From: Nitrospirota bacterium
GTDB taxonomy: Bacteria > Nitrospirota > Thermodesulfovibrionia > Thermodesulfovibrionales > Dissulfurispiraceae
Assembly: GCA_040758355.1 (NCBI GenBank)
Contig: JBFLWF010000001.1
Location: forward strand, 1-64,000
DNA length: 64,000 nucleotides
Direction: 5' to 3'
Position numbers and translations under genes: made by a program
Notes under the pieces: model-generated
Told to the model about the DNA's origin: nothing
The model's database searches: none
Seen by the model: only the letters and a program-made list of their open reading frames with translations
Part shown: positions 9,809-21,434 of the stretch, piece after piece
Numbering within the stretch: position 1 is the stretch's first letter
Layout: every line of letters begins with the position of its first letter

Positions 9809-11757
9809 TTTGTCATCGGCAGTTTCACTGTAAATCGAGTTCCGGTCTTAGAGGTCTCCACCAGTATTTCACCATTGTGCTGCTCCACGATAGACTTGCT
9901 TACCGATAGACCGAGACCTGTCCCCTCTCTTACGGGTTTTGTGGTGAAAAACGGGTCGAATATATAGGGCAGGACTTTATCGGATATCCCTGAGCCGGTA
10001 TCTGCAAAGGAAGCCTTACAAAAGCCGTTATCCGAGAATGTCTCTATGGTCAGCATGCCTGATTTCCCATCCATTTCCTGAATTGCATTGAGTATGATGT
10101 TTAAAAATACCTGTTCCATCTTATTCGGGTCAACCATTATCTCCGGAATCTCTTGAGAGAGGTTTTTCACAACCCTTATCTCCTTCTTCGCTATAAGATA
10201 ATCTGTCAGCCTCAGAACGTTCTCTATAAGGCTATTTATGGACACAGGGGAAACGCTCAGTGCCGACCTTTTTGAAAAGTCCAGAAGCTGCCTTATAATA
10301 TCCTGAATCTTTGAAAGACCGGAATTGATCACATCGATGTGCATCTTCCTCGTCTCCACATCCATATCTGTAGTCATGAGGTTGTTAAAGCAGAGCCTTA
10401 TTCCACCGAGGGGATTGTTTATTTCGTGGGCGATGCCTGCTGAAAGCTGCCCCACTGCCGCTAATTTTTCAGCCCTCCTCATCTGCTCCTCCATCTGCTT
10501 TTTGTCGGTTATATCCTTGACATAGTGAACCGCTTTTATAACATTCCCATAATCATCGAATATCGGATACAGATGTATATAATAGTATCGCCCGTCATCG
10601 CCCTCCCAGTATTCGGAAACAGCCATCTTCTCTCTCTTCAGCTTCTCAAGGAAGCAAATAGGGCACATTGTATCTGCATCGCAGTTCTCCGGATAACATT
10701 TTGATGTGAAGACAGCATTAATCCCTTTCGATACCCATTCACGATATGCCTGGTTGGTTATCTCAAGGGTGCAGTCTGGATTTACGAGGGCGAGGGGATC
10801 GCTTATGCCTTCAAAGATTGAGCGCAGTGTCTCGGCATTCTTTCTCGTCTTCTCCTGAGCCTCGTACAAATGCCTTGCCATCTGGTTGAAGGAGGCTGTC
10901 AGTTCTCCAATCTCATCCTTTGCGGTAATCGGAAGATTCTGGTTAAGCGGTTCTGTGCCATTGACAATGCCTTCGAATATGGTAGTAAGCCTCTTCAGAG
11001 GCCTGCTTACCAGACTCCAGAAGGCGCCCTGCAGCGATACGAAGAGAAAAAGAAGGGTGATAAAACCCAATATGAAAGTGGATACAGCAATGCCTCTTAT
11101 TTGTCCAAATGTAACAGCCATGGGAATGGTGACAGATTCGACGCCGATCACAGCCCCTTCCTTCCATCTAAAACCGCTCTCTGCGCCATACTTTCTGATC
11201 AGGCCCTTAGGAGCCTGTTTGGGGTCTCCGTGGCATTTAAGGCATCCCTTTTCTGCTATTATGCTCTTCATCCTGATGAGAAACTCCTGCCCTTCTATTT
11301 CTATAATGCCATTCCATGACCTCTGGCCTTTGTTCTCCTGAAAATATGAGATCATCTTCCCATGGAAGGAATCAGCCCTATTCTTTGGGTTGAGAGGATT
11401 ATCAGAGACCCTTCTATAGACATAGTCCTTTAAATCGTTATTAAACCTTTTCATAACCTCCTGAGTCACATGGGTTGTTGACATCGCTTCAACAACAAAC
11501 TCCTCCTTATTGTCCACATTGGGGAGAATCTCGAACATCTTTGGCCGCAATGTATGCTTAATATAGTCGCCAACAGCAGATATCTGGGCCATAATGATCA
11601 GCGTTTTCTCATTGGCGTCTTCTATTACCCTGTTTTTCAGGTGGAGATATATGAGAAAAGAAAAGATTACACAAAAGGTAAGAAGAATAAAACCAATGGC
11701 GAGGGTGAATTTTGTGCTGAGTGTAAGATTTTTGGGGAACTTACCTATATTCCACAT
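9796..11757 (-). CDS. Membrane sensor histidine kinase with a periplasmic heme-c (DUF3365-like) domain, HAMP and PAS
   Basis: Two TMs flank a domain carrying CLKCH; HAMP ([13 protein letters not shown]); H-box AHEINNP; DPFFTTK..GTGLGL. Confidence 0.9.
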   Translation of the reverse strand: MWNIGKFPKNLTLSTKFTLAIGFILLTFCVIFSFLIYLHLKNRVIEDANEKTLIIMAQISAVGDYIKHTLRPKMFEILPNVDNKEEFVVEAMSTTHVTQEVMKRFNNDLKDYVYRRVSDNPLNPKNRADSFHGKMISYFQENKGQRSWNGIIEIEGQEFLIRMKSIIAEKGCLKCHGDPKQAPKGLIRKYGAESGFRWKEGAVIGVESVTIPMAVTFGQIRGIAVSTFILGFITLLFLFVSLQGAFWSLVSRPLKRLTTIFEGIVNGTEPLNQNLPITAKDEIGELTASFNQMARHLYEAQEKTRKNAETLRSIFEGISDPLALVNPDCTLEITNQAYREWVSKGINAVFTSKCYPENCDADTMCPICFLEKLKREKMAVSEYWEGDDGRYYYIHLYPIFDDYGNVIKAVHYVKDITDKKQMEEQMRRAEKLAAVGQLSAGIAHEINNPLGGIRLCFNNLMTTDMDVETRKMHIDVINSGLSKIQDIIRQLLDFSKRSALSVSPVSINSLIENVLRLTDYLIAKKEIRVVKNLSQEIPEIMVDPNKMEQVFLNIILNAIQEMDGKSGMLTIETFSDNGFCKASFADTGSGISDKVLPYIFDPFFTTKPVREGTGLGLSVSKSIVEQHNGEILVETSKTGTRFTVKLPMTKWKT

Positions 11758-13681
11758 TGTAAAGCCTTTTCACCATTGCCCTGACGCCGTCGAAATCGCT
11801 GTCCTTTGCCTCCATGAATTTTGTGTAGCCTTTATCTATGGCCTTTATGATAGAGAGGTCTGTTATGGAAATCAAAGCCTCCTTTATCTTTTCCACAAAT
11901 TCAGGATCAATATCTTTATTCACGCATATAGGGAATTGGGGTATCGGCTCAGAGATTTTAATCGCCACAATACCCTTATCCGCAAAATCAGCCACAACAG
12001 ATTCCATCATCCCGCCGGCATCGAACTCTCCCTTTAATACGGCGTTTGCCACAATATCGTGTGAGCCGAGATACGCATACTGCGAGAGGTTATGGAGGGT
12101 AATCCCTGCCTCGGCAAGCATTGCCATGGGCACGAGGGTGCTGCCCGTGGACTTCTCGCTTCCAAAGGCAAATCTCTTTTCCTTGAGTTCGGAAACGGAT
12201 TTTATGCCGCTGTTCCTTGACACTACAACAGCACTTTTGTAAGTGGGAGAGCCGTCTTTTGCAAAATAGCCGAGCAGTTTGGTTCCGTGCTTATGCTTCC
12301 CTTCAATATAAGTGGTTGGAGTCTGCGAAGATATCTGCACCCTGCCTGTGCCGACATCCTCGATAGCCTCTGTGTAATCTTTTCCAACCTTTATTATGTA
12401 ATCCATACCCAGTTTATTATTCAGGTATGCAACAAGGGGTGCGTATTTCTTGTTCATTACAACGGCATTTTCAAGGGGAACGACACCGAAGAGGTTTATT
12501 TTGAAACTTCCCACCTCCCTGAGCAGTTCATCAGAAAGGCGGCTCAGGTCAACGCTGGCTTCGGAGACTTTTTTTGTATTTTTTGTTGCCTCTTGTGTTA
12601 TTACAGAAATCCTTTCCACATTGCCGGAAACCTCAGCAGTGGCTGCTGACTGTTCTTCTACAGCAGTTGCTATCTGCTGGATCGTATCCGAGACATTCCT
12701 TGAAGCGGTTACTATTTCTTCAAGGACGCTGGAGATTTTATTTGCAAATTCCTGAGCCTCATGGGCTGCTTTAACACCGTGTTCCATTGTTCCCACAGCC
12801 GCGCCTGTCTTGTCTTGAAGGGACTTTATAACATCGGAAATTTCCTTTGTGGCCTTTGTTGTCCTTTCTGCAAGCTTTCTGACCTCATCTGCAACAACAG
12901 CAAATCCCCTTCCCATCTCTCCGGCCCTCGCAGCCTCTATGGCTGCGTTTAAGGCAAGGAGATTGGTCTGGTCGGCTACGTCTTCTATCAACGAGACAAT
13001 CTCTCCTATGGATGCGGCTCTATCGCCGAGCTCTGTTATAATCTTCGCCGAGTCTTCAACCGAGGCAGTAACTCTCCTCAGGCCTTCAACGCCTGAAAAA
13101 ACGGTCTTTCCACCCTCCTCGGCTACATCCGATGCCCTTTTTGCCGATCCTGCAACTGCCTGGGTATTTCTTGCGACCTCATTAACCGTGGTATTAAGCT
13201 CATCCATTGCAGAAGCGATTTGTGAAATCTGGCTGCTCTGCTCTGATGCGCCGCCTGCCATCTTTGCTGAAAACTTTGAGAGTTCGGTTGATGCCGAGGC
13301 TACCTGATTGGATGCATTCAGCGATTGACCTATTACACTGTGGAGACGGCCTATAAAGGCATTGAATTGCTGCCCGAGCCTGGATATTTCATCATTGCCG
13401 GCAATCTCGATCCTTTTTGTAAGGTCTTTTTCTCCTGCAGCAAGGTCATCTATGGTTTTGGATATAAGATATATCTTCTTTCGAAGGGGAACCAGAATCC
13501 ATGCGTCTCCTGCAATGAACACCAGAACTAAAATAATTGAAAGGCTTACGGATAAGAGGTTAAAACCGGAAATTACATTATAGGCACTAATAATTGCAAC
13601 TAAAAAGATGCCTTTAATAATTTCCTTTTTGATAATGGCATCCAATTTCTCTCCCCCTGTTTTACAGTTTAGAATTTCCAT
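11741..13681 (-). CDS. Methyl-accepting chemotaxis protein fused to a C-terminal PhnD-like substrate-binding domain
   Basis: Two TMs, HAMP, hairpin [37 protein letters not shown], then [36 protein letters not shown]. Confidence 0.88.
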   Translation of the reverse strand: MEILNCKTGGEKLDAIIKKEIIKGIFLVAIISAYNVISGFNLLSVSLSIILVLVFIAGDAWILVPLRKKIYLISKTIDDLAAGEKDLTKRIEIAGNDEISRLGQQFNAFIGRLHSVIGQSLNASNQVASASTELSKFSAKMAGGASEQSSQISQIASAMDELNTTVNEVARNTQAVAGSAKRASDVAEEGGKTVFSGVEGLRRVTASVEDSAKIITELGDRAASIGEIVSLIEDVADQTNLLALNAAIEAARAGEMGRGFAVVADEVRKLAERTTKATKEISDVIKSLQDKTGAAVGTMEHGVKAAHEAQEFANKISSVLEEIVTASRNVSDTIQQIATAVEEQSAATAEVSGNVERISVITQEATKNTKKVSEASVDLSRLSDELLREVGSFKINLFGVVPLENAVVMNKKYAPLVAYLNNKLGMDYIIKVGKDYTEAIEDVGTGRVQISSQTPTTYIEGKHKHGTKLLGYFAKDGSPTYKSAVVVSRNSGIKSVSELKEKRFAFGSEKSTGSTLVPMAMLAEAGITLHNLSQYAYLGSHDIVANAVLKGEFDAGGMMESVVADFADKGIVAIKISEPIPQFPICVNKDIDPEFVEKIKEALISITDLSIIKAIDKGYTKFMEAKDSDFDGVRAMVKRLYNVEYR

Positions 13682-13796
13682 ACGGGTTTGTCAATAATAT
13701 ACATTTGAATTTATATAGCTGAAATGATAATATAGATGCAAAATAAACAGAAAGACGAAATTTTTTAACTCTTCAACAATAATTTTTAATTTAAAA

Positions 13797-15014
13797 ATGG
13801 CAAAAATTATTCCTTTCAGGGGAATTCTTTACAATCCGGCAAAGGTTTCAGGAGATGAGGTAATAGCTCCTCCTTACGACGTCATTACATCCGAATACAG
13901 GGATGTCCTTTATCAGAAAAGCCCTTACAATATCGTCAGGATAGACTTCGGAAAAGAACTTCCCGATGATGCCGGCAGCACTAACAAATACAACAGGGCA
14001 AGGGATAGTTTTGAGCAATGGCTTAAAGAAGGCATACTTGTACGGGATGAAAAGCCCGCGTTTTATGCCTATGAGATTGACTACAGTCTGTACGGTGAAA
14101 ACAAAACATTAAGGGGAATTCTTGCAATGGTTAAGATAGAAGAACTGGGCAAGGGTGTTTATCCCCACGAGGCTACCCATTCAAAGCCAAAGGCTGACAG
14201 ACTGAACCTCATGAGGTCATGTCTTGCAAACATAAGCCCCATATACTCCCTTTACAACAGCCCTGAAAAGATTACATCCATGATTTTAGACGGCATAGAA
14301 GAAGCGCCATATATTAGTGCTCACGATGCGGCTGGAGCTGTACACAAGCTTTACAGGATATCTGAAGAGTCGCATATAGACTCTATTATAAAGGAACTAT
14401 CGGATAAGGCTGTATTCATAGCAGACGGACATCACAGGTATGAGGTTGCCATGGAGTTTAAAAGGGAGATGGGGGAAGGCCCATGGGAATATGTGCTGAT
14501 GTTCCTCGCAAATATGTCGGACGCCGGGATTGCCATACTCCCTACCCATCGGATGGTAAAGGGGATAAAGAGGGAGGATGTTTTGGGCAGGCTGGAGCCT
14601 GACTTTGCTATACAGACCTGCGGACTTGAGTGCGACATTGTCGAGAGGCTTTCTCATGAAGGCAAAAATACGTTTGGTCTTTATCTGGGCAGCAATGAAA
14701 GATGGTATATCCTGAAATACAAAGGGACAGACCTTGAAGATGTGCCTTCTGTTTTGAGGTCGCTGGATGTCGTGGTGCTTCATGAGCTTATCATCAAAAA
14801 GGATTTAGGGATAACCGATGTCGCATATGAGATGGATATAGCCGAATCAATAAAGAGGGTGCGGAAGGGTGACTTTGACGCGGTATTTTTCCTCAATCCA
14901 ACAGGTGTGGATGATGTGGAAGGGGTTGCACTGTCAGGGCTCAGGATGCCGCCCAAGTCCACATATTTTTATCCCAAGCTTTTAACCGGCATGGTTATTA
15001 ATAGTTTTAAATAA
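13797..15014 (+). CDS. DUF1015 family protein
   Basis: IIPFRG, APPYDVI, PHEAT, IADGHHRY, MPPKSTYFYPKL. Confidence 0.9.
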   Translation: MAKIIPFRGILYNPAKVSGDEVIAPPYDVITSEYRDVLYQKSPYNIVRIDFGKELPDDAGSTNKYNRARDSFEQWLKEGILVRDEKPAFYAYEIDYSLYGENKTLRGILAMVKIEELGKGVYPHEATHSKPKADRLNLMRSCLANISPIYSLYNSPEKITSMILDGIEEAPYISAHDAAGAVHKLYRISEESHIDSIIKELSDKAVFIADGHHRYEVAMEFKREMGEGPWEYVLMFLANMSDAGIAILPTHRMVKGIKREDVLGRLEPDFAIQTCGLECDIVERLSHEGKNTFGLYLGSNERWYILKYKGTDLEDVPSVLRSLDVVVLHELIIKKDLGITDVAYEMDIAESIKRVRKGDFDAVFFLNPTGVDDVEGVALSGLRMPPKSTYFYPKLLTGMVINSFK

Positions 15015-15048
15015 TAACTTTAAAAGGGTTCCCTGTAAAATTTTTTAA

Positions 15049-16080
<1,032 letters not shown>

Positions 16081-16090
16081 AGGAGCTAAT

Positions 16091-17320
16091 ATGGCAAAGA
16101 AGAGTAATATACCCGTAGAGATAAAGGATATACTCGGCAAGCTTACAATAGAAGACCTTCAGATAAAGGGAAAGAGGGTCTTCATAAGGGCGGACTTCAA
16201 TGTTCCCCTTGATGACAACATGGTTATTACAGATGATCGGCGGATTCGCTCCACTCTCCCGACAATCAACTATGCCATAGACGAAGGGGCAAGGGTAATC
16301 CTTGGGTCTCATTTGGGCAGACCGAAGGGAAAGGTGGAGCCGAGATTCAGCCTTGCACCCGTTGCAAAAAGATTGCAGAGGCTTCTTAACAAAGAGGTTA
16401 TTTTTGCCACTGACTGCATAGGCCCGCAGGTGGAAAGCCTTGCATCAAAGATGAAGGACGGAGATGTGCTTTTGCTCGAAAACCTCCGTTTTCATCCCGG
16501 CGAGGAAAAAAATGAAGAGGCATTTGCAAAGTCGCTGTCAAAGCTTGCTGATTTTTATGTGAATGACGCCTTTGGAGCAGCACACAGGGCACATGCATCT
16601 ACAGCAGGGATTACAAAGCTCCTTCCCTCTGCAGCAGGCTTCCTGCTGAAAAAGGAGATAGAGTATCTTAAAGGAGTTGTGGACAACCCTGTAAGGCCGT
16701 TCGTGGCCATACTGGGCGGAGCAAAGGTATCCGGAAAGATAGGGGTTCTGGAAAATCTTGCGGACAAGGTCGATAAGGTCATTGTGGGCGGAGGAATGGC
16801 ATACACCTTTATAAAGGCAATGGGATACGAGATCGGCGATTCCCTTGTTGAAGACGATATGCTCGACCTTGCAAAGAATATAATGGAAAAGCTCAAGAAG
16901 AACAATGTGAAGTTCTATCTCCCTGTGGACAGCGTTGTTGCCCAGAGCCTGGAGCCAGGGGCAGAAACCAAGATAGTCACCACACAGGAGATTACAAAGG
17001 GCTGGAGGGCGCTGGACATAGGCCCTGCATCTGTGAAGCTCTTTTCAGAGGCACTGCAGAATGCAAAGACCATAATATGGAACGGGCCAATGGGGGTATT
17101 CGAGATAGACGCCTTCTCCAGAGGTACATTCGCTATTGCCCATGCTGTTTCCGATGCTTATGCGCTGACCATTGTGGGCGGCGGCGACACGGATTTTGCA
17201 GTCCACAGGGCAGGGGTCAGCGATGCCATAACATTCATATCCACAGGCGGCGGTGCATCGCTTCAGTTATTGGAAGGTAAAGATCTTCCGGGGATATCGG
17301 CGCTGACTGATAAAAAGTAA
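16091..17320 (+). CDS. pgk: Phosphoglycerate kinase
   Basis: [37 protein letters not shown]. Confidence 0.98.
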   Translation: MAKKSNIPVEIKDILGKLTIEDLQIKGKRVFIRADFNVPLDDNMVITDDRRIRSTLPTINYAIDEGARVILGSHLGRPKGKVEPRFSLAPVAKRLQRLLNKEVIFATDCIGPQVESLASKMKDGDVLLLENLRFHPGEEKNEEAFAKSLSKLADFYVNDAFGAAHRAHASTAGITKLLPSAAGFLLKKEIEYLKGVVDNPVRPFVAILGGAKVSGKIGVLENLADKVDKVIVGGGMAYTFIKAMGYEIGDSLVEDDMLDLAKNIMEKLKKNNVKFYLPVDSVVAQSLEPGAETKIVTTQEITKGWRALDIGPASVKLFSEALQNAKTIIWNGPMGVFEIDAFSRGTFAIAHAVSDAYALTIVGGGDTDFAVHRAGVSDAITFISTGGGASLQLLEGKDLPGISALTDKK

Positions 17321-17330
17321 AAAGTGATTA

Positions 17331-17364
17331 AAAAAAAGGCCAGCCGTGCGGCTGGCCTTTTTTT
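17331..17364. terminator. Bidirectional rho-independent terminator between pgk and speD
   Basis: A-tract, GGCCAGCCG stem with CGGCTGGCC, then T-tract, between convergent genes. Confidence 0.88.
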
Positions 17365-17372
17365 AATCTCCT

Positions 17373-17780
17373 CTAAGAAACCATTTCGAGTTCAGCATCG
17401 CATACCTTGTGCGGGAGCTTTTCGTTTGAGCAAGAAAGAATGCCCCTCTTCATTTCTACAATAGACGGGTTCTTGCTCTCAAACTGATCGATCAGGTAAT
17501 GGGCAGCGACTTCGGGTTTGATGATGTCTCCACAGGTAAATATGTCTACTGCAGCGTAACCGTATTCAGGCCATGTGTGTATGGAGAGATGGGATTCAGC
17601 TATAACCACCATACCGCTGATCCCGAAGGGATTGAACTCGTGGAATGATACATCGATAATTGTTGCCCTGGCCTCTTTTGCGGCTGAAACCAGTGCGTCC
17701 TTAACCTTACCTAAGTCTTTGAGAATCTCAGGATTACAGTCCCTCAATTCCACCAAAAGATGGGCACCTAAAGCATGCAA
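17373..17780 (-). CDS. speD: S-adenosylmethionine decarboxylase proenzyme
   Basis: GAHLLVEL, autocleavage site AESHLSIHTWPE, AAVDIFTCG; TTG start. Confidence 0.95.
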   Translation of the reverse strand: MHALGAHLLVELRDCNPEILKDLGKVKDALVSAAKEARATIIDVSFHEFNPFGISGMVVIAESHLSIHTWPEYGYAAVDIFTCGDIIKPEVAAHYLIDQFESKNPSIVEMKRGILSCSNEKLPHKVCDAELEMVS

Positions 17781-17901
17781 TTCTCTACCCCCTTCAGTTT
17801 AGAATCGAAGGAGCAACCGCTCCTTTTAAGCTAAAAATAATACAGCAATCTGTCATTTTTTGTCAATAGAAAGTAGACTTCGAAACTGTCTTCCTTTAAT
17901 A

Positions 17902-17931
17902 TTGCCATAAAAAGTTTCTGTTTGCTATAAT
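17902..17931 (+). promoter_or_regulatory. Sigma-70 promoter of tRNA-Met
   Basis: TTGCCA-18 bp-TATAAT with an extended TG, 14 bp upstream of the tRNA. Confidence 0.65.
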
Positions 17932-17945
17932 ATTTTTTCTTTTAA

Positions 17946-18019
17946 GGCGGTGTAGCTCAGTTGGTCAGAGCATGCGGCTCATATCCGCAGTGTCCGGGGT
18001 TCAAATCCCTGCACCGCCA
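17946..18019 (+). tRNA. tRNA-Met (CAT), probably elongator; CCA not encoded
   Basis: Acceptor stem GGCGGTG/CACCGCC, D arm TAGCTCAGTTGGTCAGAGC, anticodon arm TGCGG-CTCATAT-CCGCA, T loop GGTTCAAATCC. Confidence 0.95.
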
Positions 18020-18259
18020 TTAATTTTTACAATTAGTTATGTTTCCCACCTCGCCTGAAATACCCTCTCCCGTGCTAATGTTCGTGCTAATGTCGTCAAT
18101 CTGATCAAGAACACTAACAGCCCTCTGCGAAGTGCTGCAGATTTTATCCATTGATTTTTAACGAGTTAATCTTTGCATCGCACAGAAAATATGTTATAGT
18201 GATAATGAAATCAGGGGGGAATAAGAAGTTAGGCTATTATATAGTATGCAAATGACGAG

Positions 18260-19168
18260 ATGAGCCATATTGTTATAAATAAGATGCTCTCTGATAAATA
18301 TGAATATTGGAATCGGAAATGGTGGTATGATTTTGCTCACTTGTATAAAACATCAGACAAACAGAAAATGTCTAACTTCATTGAATCTGCTTTTACAAAA
18401 GTTGCGCATATTACTAAGAAGTGGGATAACGATATAAATTCAGAATGGATTGTCAGAATTTATTTAGCCGGTAAGATGATTATGGCAAGCACGCTATATC
18501 TCAATTCCTACTCTTTCAGTCAAAAGCGTAATCTTCGAGTCGTTACTTCTTTTTTACAATACTATGGAATTGCATATTCCATGCGTGCTTTATTGTTGAT
18601 GCATCCGTTTGAGTCGTGGCAAGATGGCAAGATACTTCAAACCACGCATTCCAAAACTATCAATGTCGTATCTGATTTGCTTTCTAAAATCTGTGGAACA
18701 AAATTTACAGATGAAACAAAAAAGAAAATTCTCAAGTTGAAAGCCCACAGAGAGCTAATTTCTTATAGAGCTCCGTCTACCGGAGACGCCGAAGCCCCCC
18801 CAATGGATGAAGGGGAGCTTCACGATTTATGCCGAGTATTCGTAGAGATGGCTCAACTATATTCTGAAATATTAGAAATGTCTTGTACGAAAAATGCCCC
18901 AAGGGGCAAGTCATTTAATCTACTTGATTCCTATATTGCAAGTGCATGCCATACAACTATAGAAGGATTTCCATTTGTAGACGAAGAAGATATAGGTCGA
19001 CTGTATTATCTTAAAAAGAAACATTCGATTCCATCCAATGTTCGACAAACAATAGCTGAGGGGCATGTCGAAGATTTCTTTGGATCATGGCTGACTCCAA
19101 AGACTCGTCCCAATAGATATGATTTCGATCCAGATAGAAACATACGATTAATATTCGATTTGCCATAA
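18260..19168 (+). CDS. Hypothetical protein, possibly HEPN-like
   Basis: 302-aa ORF in an AT-rich tract; YYGIAYSMRALL...THS...RELISY pattern. Confidence 0.6.
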   Translation: MSHIVINKMLSDKYEYWNRKWWYDFAHLYKTSDKQKMSNFIESAFTKVAHITKKWDNDINSEWIVRIYLAGKMIMASTLYLNSYSFSQKRNLRVVTSFLQYYGIAYSMRALLLMHPFESWQDGKILQTTHSKTINVVSDLLSKICGTKFTDETKKKILKLKAHRELISYRAPSTGDAEAPPMDEGELHDLCRVFVEMAQLYSEILEMSCTKNAPRGKSFNLLDSYIASACHTTIEGFPFVDEEDIGRLYYLKKKHSIPSNVRQTIAEGHVEDFFGSWLTPKTRPNRYDFDPDRNIRLIFDLP

Positions 19169-19207
19169 AATAATTTTTAAAAAATACAAAAGTTAAAAAA
19201 GGATCTA

Positions 19208-19855
19208 ATGGATTTCTTTAATGACCAACCTTTTTTGCTTCAGTGGTTACCAAAGCTCGATCAAGGCTTAGTACTAGCCATCAATCGCGTAGGACAAATT
19301 TTTATTGTTACAGCTGCATTTATGGGTCTTTTCATAGATAAGCTTCCACCTTTGATTTCCATCTCACTAAAGGCCATTTCTACTGCCATTCGGGAAGTAG
19401 CGGCAGGCGTAGGCTGGCGTTGGAGTAGAGACGAAATTGGCTTTGAATTTCCTCGAGAAAAACCACTGACAGATGAGCAAATTAGTGAGGACTTCCAAAT
19501 CGGCAAGCAGCTTGCTTTGTCTTCAGTTTTATTAATTGTATTACTTACTATTTCAGACCGTGGCCCATTGGGTTGGCTATTATTTGCCTTTGAAATATTA
19601 TGGCATGCGATCACGGTATGGTTTGACGTACAACTCGATTGCTGGTCGATTATCTGCACATTCGGAGGTAGCATTGGACGGCTCATTGGCTTTCTCCCAT
19701 TAGTCTATCTATCTATGCTTGCATGTGCTATTGTGGTTAGACCATATGCTTTTGTGTTGTCGAGAATTGCTGATTACTTCTCGCACGGACTCTATCGAAT
19801 TGTTGCCGCGATTGTTTTGCTCACAGGCTCGTTTTTTGTGATAATCACTACATAA
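19208..19855 (+). CDS. Hypothetical multi-pass membrane protein
   Basis: 215 aa with several hydrophobic segments; AAGGA RBS. Confidence 0.6.
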   Translation: MDFFNDQPFLLQWLPKLDQGLVLAINRVGQIFIVTAAFMGLFIDKLPPLISISLKAISTAIREVAAGVGWRWSRDEIGFEFPREKPLTDEQISEDFQIGKQLALSSVLLIVLLTISDRGPLGWLLFAFEILWHAITVWFDVQLDCWSIICTFGGSIGRLIGFLPLVYLSMLACAIVVRPYAFVLSRIADYFSHGLYRIVAAIVLLTGSFFVIITT

Positions 19856-19916
19856 TATGAAAATAAGAAAAAGGTAGGTACATTTTATCGGTTCGAGGTG
19901 ATGTCATGAGGTATCT

Positions 19917-20015
19917 ATGAAAAAATCAGGCCGATATAAGACAGCGCATCTTATCGAAGACCAATATGAGCCGGGGTCTAACGGGCAGGTTCTCAAGAAC
20001 AAGATCGAGAATTGA
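19917..20015 (+). pseudogene. N-terminal remnant of a Fic-family gene
   Basis: MKKSGRYKTAHLIEDQYEPGSNGQVLKNK resembles the Fic N-terminal Y-x-PGS-x-VLKN pattern; GAGGT RBS; stops after 32 codons. Confidence 0.55.
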
Positions 20016-20134
20016 ATATATTGCCGGCAGCATAAACAGCATAAAAATCACTTTATAGAAGGCAGTTTTAGATTTTTTGACTTAAATATGCAAAGTATAC
20101 TTTATATATTTGGGGGAATAACTCACCTCATTTA

Positions 20135-21274
20135 TTAATAAATTCCGGCGATTGTCCCCTTAAGCCATACATCAAACACCGGGTCAGTTGTCCTGTAGCA
20201 TCCCTCGTGTTTTTCAATAATATCTCTTTTAATGAGCACTTTAATTGCTTTTTGAGCAGTTCCCTGGGAAAGGTTATGACGGTTCAGATAATCTTTAGCA
20301 AATGGAGTTTTTATTGGTTCTTTTGCTATAGCTATAACCATTGATTTTTGCCCCATGGAAAGGCCATCCAATATTCCTTCAAAATCCGATATAGCTTCCA
20401 TTTTAATAAGCGCACCATAAGCCATTTTAACTGTTTCTTCAGTACATATTTTTTCTGTTATGCCCCAACAGAGAGATGCTAATTTCTGGACGTAATAAGA
20501 ATATCCACGGACTGAATTATAGATCATCTCAGAAATATTTAACGGACATTTTTTCTTTGATTCCTCAAACTTAGCGGTTATATACAATGCAAAGTCTTGT
20601 TTAGGAATTTCTTCAATAATCTGAGTGTATGCGCTTTTATAGAAAGGTCTTTTTTTATCTGTAAACATTTCAAGGAGGGTACGTCTTCTGCTGCCGATAT
20701 AAATATAGCTGATGTTTCTATGCTCCTGCATATATTGCCTGAGAACTCCTTCTATCATCTTTGAGTTTGGAAGCGATGTTACTTCCTGAAATTCATCCAG
20801 TGCGATTACAGCCCGGATATTCTGCTTTTCAACATAGGCATATAGCCCTCTCATTAAATCCTCGAGTAATATCGAAAATTTAAGAGAGCGATCAAATCCT
20901 ATCGAAAATTGTATCCCCTGAGGAGTAACTTCCGGACTGATCCTGATTCTGCTGAACAGATCTGCGAATTTTTCATTCCATTTTCTATGATCGGCCGCTC
21001 TCCGGTTTATCCCGCTTGCAATCGACGCTGCTAACCTATCAATAAAGTCATTTTCGGAAGATATTGAAAAAACATTTGCGTATGCCGTTAAAATGCCTTC
21101 CTCTGTTATTTCATTTAATACCTGCTTAACTAAAGACGATTTGCCTATCAATCTTTTGGCATAGAGAACAACATTTTGACTATTTTTTATATGGCGAAGA
21201 AGCGTTTTCTTTTCTTCAATCCGGTCGCAGAAATCTTTCCCTGTTACAATTCCTATTGTAAATGGGTTAATCAT
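20135..21274 (-). CDS. P-loop ATPase (archaeal ATPase/ATPase_2-like) with a C-terminal winged helix
   Basis: NPF..G....FCDR.EE start, atypical Walker A YAKRLIGKSS, Walker B IALDEFQ, YIGS, C-terminal DPVFDVWL. Confidence 0.8.
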   Translation of the reverse strand: MINPFTIGIVTGKDFCDRIEEKKTLLRHIKNSQNVVLYAKRLIGKSSLVKQVLNEITEEGILTAYANVFSISSENDFIDRLAASIASGINRRAADHRKWNEKFADLFSRIRISPEVTPQGIQFSIGFDRSLKFSILLEDLMRGLYAYVEKQNIRAVIALDEFQEVTSLPNSKMIEGVLRQYMQEHRNISYIYIGSRRRTLLEMFTDKKRPFYKSAYTQIIEEIPKQDFALYITAKFEESKKKCPLNISEMIYNSVRGYSYYVQKLASLCWGITEKICTEETVKMAYGALIKMEAISDFEGILDGLSMGQKSMVIAIAKEPIKTPFAKDYLNRHNLSQGTAQKAIKVLIKRDIIEKHEGCYRTTDPVFDVWLKGTIAGIY

Positions 21275-21434
21275 CTTTAACCTCCCGATAACAAATTATT
21301 CAAAAGGCATTATCCAAAAAGGATAATGCTGAAAGGATAACGATATTTACTAATTAAGTCAAGGGGTTTAAATGCAACCTGCCTGTGAAGATAAAAAAAA
21401 GAGGACTGAAAACTATTTGCCCGCGCTCTAAGCG

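Noticed and set aside
17808..17825. Hairpin AAGGAGC-AACC-GCTCCTT in the speD leader as a SAM riboswitch
   Set aside because: It is too small and has no recognisable aptamer core.
18020..21274. Intact prophage or ICE at tRNA-Met
   Set aside because: I saw no integrase, structural or conjugation genes and no second att copy, so at most this is a remnant.
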